In this document: positions 27,160 through 35,916 of the stretch, one piece after another
Numbering within the stretch: the first letter of the stretch is position 1
Layout of the letters: each line of letters opens with the position of its first letter
Assembly (NCBI GenBank): GCA_963806225.1
Contig: CAWDXG010000004.1
Coordinates: forward strand, 5,440,001 to 5,504,000
From: an uncultured delta proteobacterium
GTDB taxonomy: Bacteria > Myxococcota_A > Polyangia > Polyangiales > Polyangiaceae
Length of the DNA stretch: 64,000 bases
Reading direction: 5' to 3'
Translations under genes and position numbers: made by a program
The notes under the pieces: model-generated
Told to the model about the DNA's origin: nothing
Databases searched by the model: none
Seen by the model: only the letters and a program-made list of their open reading frames with translations

Positions 27160-28195
27160 GCTCCTCGCTTCCGGCGCTGGCCGCCTGTCTGGTGCTGGCC
27201 GGCTGCGATCAGGGACCGCGTGACCTCGCTCCGGCGCGCGGGCCGGAGCTGCATCTTGTTGCGAGCTACCCGAGCGACGGCGAGGGCCTCGATTGCCAGC
27301 CCTCGTCGGCGGATTGCGGGGTGCCGACCAATGCCCCGATCGAGCTGCAGGTTCGACCGCTATCTCGACCCGTCCACGGCGGTGCGCCAGGCGATGGTCG
27401 TGTACAGCGGCAGCGAGGACAATGCGGTCTTTCTGGAGCCCCAGTACGATCTGGTGGAGCGCGTCGTCCGCTACCGTCACTTCTCGGGCCTGACCTTCAC
27501 ACCGGGCGTGCTCTACACGGTCGAGCTGATCGTGCCCTCCACGGGTCATCCGGACGGCTTCCGCGCATTCGACGGCGCCCCGATCGCAGAAGGCGAGGCA
27601 CCACTTCGCTTCAACTTCCGCACACGGGAGAGCACGGCACCCGAGCCCCCACCCCGAATCCATTCCCGGTTGTCGGGACATGCTGGAGCTGTTCGCGCGT
27701 CCCACGTCGACCGGAGCGATGTGCAGCGGCAGTGGTTGCCATCGACCTCCGGCACCGATGCGGCTGGACTTGTCGTCCGGCGAGGGGCTTGCCACGACCG
27801 CCATCGGGCACGTGGCCCACGAGGCGGCGACGGGTCCACGTCCCAGTACCCCGCTTGAAGACCCGCCGCGCGTTGGAGTCCAGATGCCGGTCGTCGACCC
27901 CGGGCGTCCAGGCAACAGCTACCTGATGTACAAGCTGATCCGGAACACCGACAACTTCAGCGCCCCGGCGGGTCCGTGCGCGACCCACGATCAGGTCCTG
28001 CTGCCGAAGGGTCGGTGCCTGCCGCCGTCCCCAGCGGAGAGCACGCGGCTCCGCGAGTGGTTCGTCACTGGACAGCCGATGCCGCTGCCGCGAACGACCG
28101 CTGCACATCCGCACCTCGAACAGGCCGATCTGCGTGCGATCCAGAGCTGGATTGCGGCGGGCGCGCCGCTCGGCGGATGTGACAGCGCTCCTTGA
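27156..28195 (+). CDS. Lipoprotein with Ig-like domain and CX4CH-containing C-terminal domain (frameshifts ~27350, ~27653; start uncertain)
   Basis: LAACLVLAG-C lipobox, ASYPSDG..VPTNAPIEL.FDRYLDP (Big_5-like), CSGSGCH, VDPGRPGNSYLMYKL..MP..WIAAGA. Confidence 0.7.
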
Positions 28196-28320
28196 GCACC
28201 GCTGCGCCCACCTCGACCTACATGACGCACCGCGATCCGGCCGGTCGTCGGTACGCAACGGTTGCATAGCCGCGCCTTCACGACAGGTCGCAGCTCTCCG
28301 AAATCACAGGGTACTCGTAC

Positions 28321-28336
28321 TGGTACGGCACATGCA
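28321..28336 (+). promoter_or_regulatory. Putative sigma54 -24/-12 promoter
   Basis: TGGTACGGCACATGCA, close to TGGCACG-N4-TTGCA, directly upstream of the PilZ gene. Confidence 0.55.
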
Positions 28337-28348
28337 GCTCCAGGGCGT

Positions 28349-28732
28349 ATGTCCCCCGAACAGACAACCGGTCGGCCCGGTGGCCCCGGCGTCGCGGAGC
28401 GACAACAGGAGCGCCGCGCACACCGACGAGCCGGGCTGGAAGCGCCCGCCATGCTGGATGCCGTGAGCTCGTACCAATCCGGGCGTTGCGAGAACGTCTC
28501 GGCGGGCGGAGTCGCGGTCCGCACCGACGCCGGGCTCGAGGTCGGCACCCAGGTCGAGTTGTATTTCGAGCTGCCGGGCGGCATTGCCGTCGAGGCGAAT
28601 GCCGAGGTCGTGCGCTGCGATGGAAAGCACATCGCACTCCGCTTTGTCGAGCTGGAGCATGAGCTCGTGGTCGCGCTCCGCGCCTATTGTCGACGCAGCG
28701 GCATGCACTCGGCGGTGCGTCCGGACGCGTAG
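28349..28732 (+). CDS. Stand-alone PilZ-domain protein
   Basis: QERRAHRR (RxxxR) and ENVSAGG (D/NxSxxG) c-di-GMP motifs; AEVVR..IALRF. Confidence 0.88.
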   Translation: MSPEQTTGRPGGPGVAERQQERRAHRRAGLEAPAMLDAVSSYQSGRCENVSAGGVAVRTDAGLEVGTQVELYFELPGGIAVEANAEVVRCDGKHIALRFVELEHELVVALRAYCRRSGMHSAVRPDA

Positions 28733-28755
28733 AAACCGCTTCGGTCGCGTGAGGG

Positions 28756-30848
28756 TCACGCGTGCGAAGGCGAGCCGCGCTCGCGCCGCAGCGCAGAGCG
28801 GACGGCCCGGCGGAGCTCGTCCGCCGTGAAGGGTTTGGCGATGAACTCGCCGCCCGTTTCGGCGAGCAGCGATTCGACTGGCTCGCCGTGCGAGTAACCC
28901 GACACGAAGAGCACGTTCAAGCCCGGTCTGAGGGCGCGGAGCTCGCGCGTCAGCTCCGCGCCGCTCATGCGCGGCATGACCACGTCCGTGAGCAGGAGGT
29001 CAATGTGGTCCACCCCTGTGCTCCGTGCCAGGTCGAGGGCCTCGCTTCCCGTCGGTGCTTCCAGCACCTCGTAGCCCCCCTCGCGGAGCATGCGGGCCGC
29101 GAGCTCCCGCACCGCGGTTTCATCCTCGGCGAGGAGGATCGTGGCGTGCTTCTCGGCGCTCGAGGGTTCACTCTCGGGAGCGCTTTCCTCCGGCCCATCA
29201 CCGTCGTGGCGCGGTAGGTAGATGAGGAAGCGCGTGCCGACTCCCTCGCTGCTCTCGACCTCGATGTGACCGCCGCTCTGCGCCACGATGCCGTAGACCG
29301 TTGCAGAGGCCCAGCCCCGTTCCTTTGTCCGCTGGCTTGGTCGTGAAGAAGGGTTCGAAGATGCGCTGGCGCGTCGGCTCGTCCATGCCTTCGCCGGTGT
29401 CGTGCACTTCCATCAGCACGTACTTTCCGGGCTCGAGCACATCGCGCGCGCCGCGCTTGCCGACTTCGACGCTCTTCAGCTCGATGCCCAGCGTGCCCCC
29501 GTTCGGCATCGCGTCCCGTGCGTTGACGGCCAGGTTCAACAGCACCTGCTCTATCTGCCCCGGATCTGCCCTGACCCGGCCCGGGTCCGTTCCGAATTGC
29601 GTGGTGAGCTCGATATCCGCTCCGATCAGCCGCCGGAGCATCTTCTCCACGTTCGTCACGACCTTGGCCAGATCGATAACGCGGGGCTGGAGCACCTGCT
29701 TGCGGCTGAAGGCGAGCAACTGGCGTGTCAGATCACCCGCCCGCCCGGAAGCCTTCCGGATCTCGTCGGCGTCTTCGCGCAGCGGACTGCCGTCCGGCAG
29801 TTGTGCGAACAGCAATTCCGCGTAGCCGCTGATCGCCGTGAGCAGGTTGTTGAAGTCGTGGGCCACGCCTCCCGCGAGCCTGCCGACGGCTTCCATCTTC
29901 TGTGCCTGGCGCAGTTCTTCTTCCCGTTCCCGCAGCGCCACTGACGTGCGCTCGCGCTCCTCGATGGTCGCAACCAGCCTGCGGTTGAGCGAGACGACCG
30001 TGGCGTAGCGCCACACGCCCATCGAGACCATCACGACGATCAGCAGCGCGCCCATCGTCCACAGCACGCGCGGCACCGTCCAGAACGGCGTCGGTCGGCC
30101 GTACCACTTGACGTAGAGACTGCTTGTAGTCCGGGCTGCCCACGAACCTGCGCACCGCCGGTTCCAGTCTTGCGACGAGCTCGTCGTCACCTGCGTCGGA
30201 CGGCGATGCCGCGTTTGACCTCGAGGACGGGCGGTCCGGTAGCGCGGATGCGGTCCTGAACCCCGATGTCACGTGCCAGCTTCATCGATCACCGGCTCCG
30301 GGAAGACCAGCGCATCGACATCCCCGGACAGGAGATCGAACAGCGCCGAGTGGACGTTCGAGAATACCCGCAGCTTGACGCCAGGTTGCTTCTGGAGAAG
30401 CGATACGGCCACATTCGTCTCGACGACGGCGACGCGGTGGCCTGCTAGGTCGCCGAGGTTGTAGATGCCCGCGGTGCCTTGCCGCACGAAGATGCGGACG
30501 ACGAAGGTCTCGACGGGCGAGGTGAACGCGAAGTGCTGGCGCCGCTCTTCCACGATGCCGCAGTTCGGGATGAGGTCGACGCTGCCCTGCGCGAGCGCCG
30601 AGAAGGCACGCGGAAAGGTCCTCACTACCCGGTAGCGCACCTCGAGTCCCGCGCTGCGCGGCAATCTTGTTCATCGCGTCGATGGCGAACCCCTGGGGTT
30701 GCCCGTGCTCGTCGAGCGAGTACTGCGGCGGCCAGTCCGCCGGGACCGCGGCGGTCACCACACGCCGCGGGGCGGCGCTGGCGACGGCTGGCCCCAGAAT
30801 GGCCAATACGAGGGCCACGCCGAGTGCGACGCGCAGTGCGGCCATCAT
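28756..30848 (-). CDS. Hybrid sensor histidine kinase with periplasmic solute-binding domain and C-terminal receiver (about five apparent frameshifts)
   Basis: Signal peptide, DWPPQY..G..QGFAID (SBP family 3), [54 protein letters not shown]. Confidence 0.88.
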
Positions 30849-30943
30849 GCTGGAGAGTCGTTCCCCCAAGGTCACCTTCCCGGAGCCTACTCTAGCGCTC
30901 CCGGGTCCGGATGTGACCCGATTCGGCGCTGAATATGGAAGCG

Positions 30944-31906
30944 TCAGGGGATGGTCAGCTTCTGGCCGGGGCGGATGGGATCGCGCCGTTGGATGCCGTT
31001 CGCTTCGCAGATATCCGCGATCGACACATGGTAGCGGTGCGCGATCATGCCTAGCGTCTGCCCCTTTTCGACCACGTGCGTCCGGGTCTCGTGCGGCTTG
31101 TCCGCGCGATCCTTGCGTGATTTGTGCTCGTGGCGCTGGGCCTTCAGGTCTGGATGGCCGCCTTTGCAGCAGCGGAATCCTATCGAGTAGTCGTGGTACT
31201 TCGTCGAGTGTGCCGCGGTCATGTATGCGCAGCCTTCGCCGTTGGTCGTGGTGTCCAGGTAGTAGCCGCCGCGGAACTCGCCCTTCGGGTTGGCCGTCCA
31301 CTCGTGCAGATTGCCGACCATGTCGTACAGACCGAACGAGTTCCGGCAGTGGCGGAAGTGCCCTGTGCGTGCGACCGACCCAGGCGTCTTGTTCAGACGC
31401 GGGTCGTTCATCGCCTCCATTCCGAAGGTGGCCAGTGAGCCGTCGCGGCCATGCAGGAGTCTCAATGGCGACACACCGCGGTCGTTGCAGTAGCCGTCCT
31501 TGTGTTCGTCGCCGTACGGGTAGAGCGTGGGGCGGCGCCCTTTGCACGCCGTGACCCATTCCTTGTCGGTGCACAGGCGTTTGCCGGCCTCGCCGCAGGC
31601 CGCGGCGGCCTGCTCCTGGCTGAAGTAGGCCTGCGGCACCGCGCCGCGGCGGCTCTTGGCGACCAGGCGCAGTCCGGGTTGTGCCGTGCGGTACGGCGAG
31701 AAGCGGCGCAGGGTTTTCCCGCGACTGTTGGCGACATCGACGCTGGATTCGTAAACGTCGATGCAGAAACGACCGAACACGCTGGCCATGCTGGCGGGGC
31801 AGCGCCGTGCGCTCGCGCTGGGGGCTTCGGCCACGAGCAGGATCAGTACGGCCGCGCCAAGCACAAAAAGCGCCGGCGCGCGCCCCGGGGAGCGGGCTCC
31901 AGCCAT
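30944..31906 (-). CDS. Secreted FGE/SUMF1-domain protein with C-terminal LysM
   Basis: FCIDVYE, GKRLCTDKEW, YPYG, GLYDMVGNLHEW, RGG, IGFRCC, then LysM HVVEKGQTLGMIAHRY. Confidence 0.88.
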   Translation of the reverse strand: MAGARSPGRAPALFVLGAAVLILLVAEAPSASARRCPASMASVFGRFCIDVYESSVDVANSRGKTLRRFSPYRTAQPGLRLVAKSRRGAVPQAYFSQEQAAAACGEAGKRLCTDKEWVTACKGRRPTLYPYGDEHKDGYCNDRGVSPLRLLHGRDGSLATFGMEAMNDPRLNKTPGSVARTGHFRHCRNSFGLYDMVGNLHEWTANPKGEFRGGYYLDTTTNGEGCAYMTAAHSTKYHDYSIGFRCCKGGHPDLKAQRHEHKSRKDRADKPHETRTHVVEKGQTLGMIAHRYHVSIADICEANGIQRRDPIRPGQKLTIP

Positions 31907-32009
31907 CCGTCACCGGTAGCACGGGTGAAGCGTTGCGCCAGTTTTCGTCGTCGCGCCGTGGGGCGCGCCGGCGTTGCAGCGGCTCCACGGTCCATGCGAC
32001 AGTCTGACA

Positions 32010-34316
32010 GTGAAATACCGCGCTCTCGTCGTGCTGTTGGCCTTTGTTTTCGCTGCAGGGTGCGGGCAGGACGAAGGGTATCCTGGACCGACCGGCGGAG
32101 GCGGCGCAGGGGGGATGGCGGGAAGCGGCGGCAGCGGCGGGATGCAGGTGCGGCAGAGCGTGGAGCAGCTGATGGTGACCCACGCCCACCCGGACACCGA
32201 GCTGCGCCTATCGGACAGTCAGGGCAGGGAAGTGCAGACCGGCGTCACCGACAAGCTGGGCAGTCTCATCTTCCGCAAAGTGCCCCCCGGCGACGGCTAC
32301 TTGATCGCCACGACGCGGCAGAGCCCCGAAGAGCACACCCGGCCGCTGCACGTGATGAGCATCGCGAACAGCCTGCCGGCGCAGAGCTTCTACAGCTCGC
32401 AGAAGCTGGTCGCCGGCAACGGCTACATCACGACGCGCGATGGCACGAAGCTGTCCGTGTTCATCACGTTGCCCGGCCCGATCGATCAGGGGCCGTATCC
32501 CACGGTCATCGACTACTCGGGCTACGACCCGTCCCGACCGGGTGCACCCATCCAGGGCACGCAGGTGCTGTGCAAGACCCTACCGACCCTGTGCGACGCG
32601 CCGTCCGCTCCGGCGGCGCTGATCGCGGCGCTGATGGGCTACGCGACCGTGGGCGTCAATATGCGCGGCACCGGCTGCTCCGGCGGCGCCTACGATTTCT
32701 TCGAGGAGTTGCAGCTGCTCGACGGCTACGACGTGGTCGAGACGGTGGCGGCGCAGGACTGGGCCCTCGGTCACAGGGTGGGCATGGTCGGGCTTTCCTA
32801 TCCGGGGATCACGCAGCTCTTCGTAGGCGAGACGCGCCCGCCGAGTCTGGCGGCGATCACGCCGCTGAGCGTGATCGGCAATACCGCAAGCACGCTCGAG
32901 CCGGGCGGCATCCTCAACGACGGTTTCGCCATCGACTGGGCGACCCACGTGCTCGACAAGGCGGACCCCTACGGCCAGGGCTGGGAGCAGGACCGGGTGG
33001 ACGCCGGAGACACGATCTGCGAGGAAAACCAGCTGCTTCACCTGCAGAAGGTGGACATCATCCAGAAGGCCTTCGACACCAAGTACTACGATCCGGCGAT
33101 CGTCGATCCGCTCAACCCGACGCTGTTCGTGCACAAGATCGACGTTCCGGTGTTTCTTGCTGGAGCGTGGCAGGACGAACAGACCGGCCCCTTCTTCACC
33201 ACGCTGCTCGACAAGTTCAAGAGCGCGCCGCTGGTCCGCTTCAACGTCTACAACGGAGTGCACCCGGACGGCTTCGCGCCGCACATCTTGACCGAGTGGA
33301 AGACGTTCCTGGATCTATACGTCGCCCATCGCGTCCCCTCGATCGCCCCCGCCCTGCTCGATGTGGCACCGCTCCTGTTCAAGGAGATCTTCGGGGTCTC
33401 GATGAAGCTGTCGCAGACGCGATTTGCGAGCTACGCCGACTACGACAAGGCCAGGGCCGACTACGAGAAGGAACTGCCGTTGCGCGCTATCTTCGAGGAT
33501 GGCGGGGAGAAGTCCGATCTGGGCGCGCCCGCCGGCACGTTCGAGCATCGCTTCAGCCAGTGGCCGCCCGCCGAGACCCAGCCCCAGCGCTGGTACTTCG
33601 AGCCGGACGGCTCGCTCGGCCAGAGCCCGCCCACCGTGTCCGACTCGGCATCGTCCTTCAACCTCGACCCCGGCGCGGGCGAGCGGGGCATCCTGGCTCC
33701 GGGCGGCAACATCTGGGATGCGCTGCCCGATTACGCCTGGCCCGAGCTCACGGATGGCGACGCCGTGGCCTTCGTCAGCGCGCCGCTCCAGAAGGACCTG
33801 CTCATGCTCGGCACCGGCAGCGTCGACATGTGGATCAAGTCCACGGTCGACGACGCGGATCTCGAGATCAACCTCACCGAGGTGCGCCCCGACGGCAAGG
33901 AGATGTACGTGCAGAGCGGCTGGCTCCGCGCCAGCGAGCGCAAGCTGGGTCCATCTTCGACGGACCTCTGGCCGGAACCGACCTTCATGAAGCAGGACGT
34001 GCAGCCGCTGGTGCCCGGGCAGTGGGTCAAGGTGCGCGTGGCTATTGCGGGCTTCTCCCACGTGTTTCGCAAGGGCTCGCGCATCCGCGTGTCGGTCGAC
34101 ACGCCCGGCGACAGTCGCTCCGTGTGGCGCTTCCGTCTGAAGACGTTCCCGAACGGCGCCACGCACACCGTCGCGCACTCGTCGACCTACCCGTCGAGCG
34201 TGCTCCTGCCCGTGATCTCCGGCGTGCCGGTCACCACGCCGCTTCCGCCGTGCCCGTCGCTGCGCGGCGAGCCTTGTCGGAAGTATGTGGCGTATGTGAA
34301 TACGCCGGCGCAGTAG
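32010..34316 (+). CDS. CocE/NonD (peptidase S15) family hydrolase lipoprotein
   Basis: Lipobox FAAG-C, TRDGTKL, NMRGTGCSGG, GMVGLSYPG nucleophile motif, C-terminal PepX-like domain (GSRIRV). Confidence 0.9.
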   Translation: MKYRALVVLLAFVFAAGCGQDEGYPGPTGGGGAGGMAGSGGSGGMQVRQSVEQLMVTHAHPDTELRLSDSQGREVQTGVTDKLGSLIFRKVPPGDGYLIATTRQSPEEHTRPLHVMSIANSLPAQSFYSSQKLVAGNGYITTRDGTKLSVFITLPGPIDQGPYPTVIDYSGYDPSRPGAPIQGTQVLCKTLPTLCDAPSAPAALIAALMGYATVGVNMRGTGCSGGAYDFFEELQLLDGYDVVETVAAQDWALGHRVGMVGLSYPGITQLFVGETRPPSLAAITPLSVIGNTASTLEPGGILNDGFAIDWATHVLDKADPYGQGWEQDRVDAGDTICEENQLLHLQKVDIIQKAFDTKYYDPAIVDPLNPTLFVHKIDVPVFLAGAWQDEQTGPFFTTLLDKFKSAPLVRFNVYNGVHPDGFAPHILTEWKTFLDLYVAHRVPSIAPALLDVAPLLFKEIFGVSMKLSQTRFASYADYDKARADYEKELPLRAIFEDGGEKSDLGAPAGTFEHRFSQWPPAETQPQRWYFEPDGSLGQSPPTVSDSASSFNLDPGAGERGILAPGGNIWDALPDYAWPELTDGDAVAFVSAPLQKDLLMLGTGSVDMWIKSTVDDADLEINLTEVRPDGKEMYVQSGWLRASERKLGPSSTDLWPEPTFMKQDVQPLVPGQWVKVRVAIAGFSHVFRKGSRIRVSVDTPGDSRSVWRFRLKTFPNGATHTVAHSSTYPSSVLLPVISGVPVTTPLPPCPSLRGEPCRKYVAYVNTPAQ

Positions 34317-34329
34317 GCCCGCTCGGTTC

Positions 34330-34893
34330 TCAGAACATCCACCCCACCGTCCAGTCGAACCGGTACACCGGGCGCATCCACGGTGCGAGCCGACCGGTGA
34401 CGTCGAGGTCGGCGCGCGCGCCGACGCCCAGGCTGGGCGTGACTTCGAGATGGCCGATGGCGAAGCGCCAGCCGAAGGAGCCGACGAGCGAGTAGCCCTC
34501 GTTGCCACCGATCCAGCGATCGCGCCGCGTGTCGGTCATGGTCATGAAGGCGGCGTCGAAGCGGAGCGACATGTAGGGGCCGACCATGGCGTCGCTGCCG
34601 AGGTGCGCCGAGCGGTCCGGGCCCCAGAGCCAGTAGCGCGGCTCGATGCCCGCGGTCGTGACCCACGACGAGTAGTCGCTGCGGCTGCTCGAACGCACGC
34701 CGAGGCCGAGCGCGAGGCTCCAGTGCCTTGGTGCGAGGTAGCGCTCGTACTGCACGGCCAGGCCGTGCGACGTGAGCGAGAAAGGGTGGAGGCTGATCGC
34801 GTTCCGGGGTCCGACCTCGTCCGCTCGGGCCGCTCTTGCGAACGCGATCGCGACGACGAGAGCGAGCAGCGACGCGACGCGCTTCACGGCCAT
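34330..34893 (-). CDS. Small outer-membrane beta-barrel (DUF3575-like)
   Basis: Signal peptide ARAARA, alternating strands, C-terminal FDWTVGWMF; overlaps esterase stop. Confidence 0.7.
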   Translation of the reverse strand: MAVKRVASLLALVVAIAFARAARADEVGPRNAISLHPFSLTSHGLAVQYERYLAPRHWSLALGLGVRSSSRSDYSSWVTTAGIEPRYWLWGPDRSAHLGSDAMVGPYMSLRFDAAFMTMTDTRRDRWIGGNEGYSLVGSFGWRFAIGHLEVTPSLGVGARADLDVTGRLAPWMRPVYRFDWTVGWMF

Positions 34894-35750
34894 CCCACTG
34901 TGCGGGACAGGAAGTCGCTCATGGCGGCCCAGCCCTCGGGCGTCATGTCCGCGACCTCGAGGTCCACGGCGCCGGCGTTCTCGTCGGGATTGACGAGATG
35001 CCCGCCGCCGTTGGTCAGAAGCAGCTCGGCGTCGTTGCCGGCGTCGCGCATCGAGTCGCGCATGCGCGAAAGGTCGCCGAAGTCGGCGAACCAGTCGGCG
35101 CCGCCGGTAATGAGCAGCATCGGCGGCTTGTGGGGCCCGACATAGGTGATCGGCGAGGCCCCGTCGTAGTTCTCCGGCACCTCGCTCTCGCTGCCGCCGA
35201 GGAAGTCCTTCACCCACGGGAAATCCTTGCCGTGGAAGTCCTGCACACCGGCCGAGCTGATGACGGCCGCCGGCAGCCCGGTGCCGCCTGCGGCGCAGTC
35301 GGGGGTGTGCTCCGGCGCGTCGGCCGAGACGCCGATCAGCGACGCGAGCTGTCCGCCCGCCGAGTAGCCGGTTACCGCGATGCGATGCGGGTCGATCCCG
35401 TATTCATCGGCGTGCTTGCGGAGGTAGGCGAGCGCGCACACACAGTCCTGCACGGCGCGCGGGTACACGCCGGCTGGCCCGAGCCGGTAGTTGATCGACA
35501 CTGCGACCCAGCCCGAGCGCGCCATACGCACGGCCGCGTCGTGGTAGGCGTCCTTGGAGCCGCCGCGCCACGCTCCGCCGTGGATCATCATGATCGCCGG
35601 GCTGTGCGCGGGTGCGCCCGACGGGAGATAGACGTCCATCGTGGTCGCGTTGCCGAAGCGATCGTCGTAGGAGACGTTCTTGATCTCGCCCGGCGCGCCG
35701 CAGCCGACGAGCGTCCCGAGCGCGATCACCAGCGCAAGAATCCGCCACAC
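34884..35750 (-). CDS. Alpha/beta hydrolase (HSL-like esterase/lipase) lipoprotein
   Basis: Lipobox LVG-C, HGGAW oxyanion motif, GYSAGG, C-terminal Asp/His. Confidence 0.92.
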   Translation of the reverse strand: MWRILALVIALGTLVGCGAPGEIKNVSYDDRFGNATTMDVYLPSGAPAHSPAIMMIHGGAWRGGSKDAYHDAAVRMARSGWVAVSINYRLGPAGVYPRAVQDCVCALAYLRKHADEYGIDPHRIAVTGYSAGGQLASLIGVSADAPEHTPDCAAGGTGLPAAVISSAGVQDFHGKDFPWVKDFLGGSESEVPENYDGASPITYVGPHKPPMLLITGGADWFADFGDLSRMRDSMRDAGNDAELLLTNGGGHLVNPDENAGAVDLEVADMTPEGWAAMSDFLSRTVGWP

Positions 35751-35916
35751 ACCGTGGTGCTCGTGCGAGCGGCGTGCCAGCCGCTATTTGCTGGAATTGT
35801 CGCGTCGGGAGAGGAGCGCGCCAACGCGCGTTCGCGAGGCGGCATGAAGCGGCGTTCACGCCGGGCGCGCGGGCTCGAAGCTCGCCGCGCGTCTGCTGGC
35901 CGCGTTGGCGCCGCCT

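Noticed and set aside
25257..27926. 889-aa ORF joining the cytochrome to downstream genes
   Set aside because: Chimeric read-through after the ~26258 insertion; the middle is Arg/Pro-rich off-frame sequence overlapping better ORFs.
30944..31906. FGE-fold gene as target of a diversity-generating retroelement
   Set aside because: No reverse transcriptase and no second near-identical copy of the 3' region in the window.
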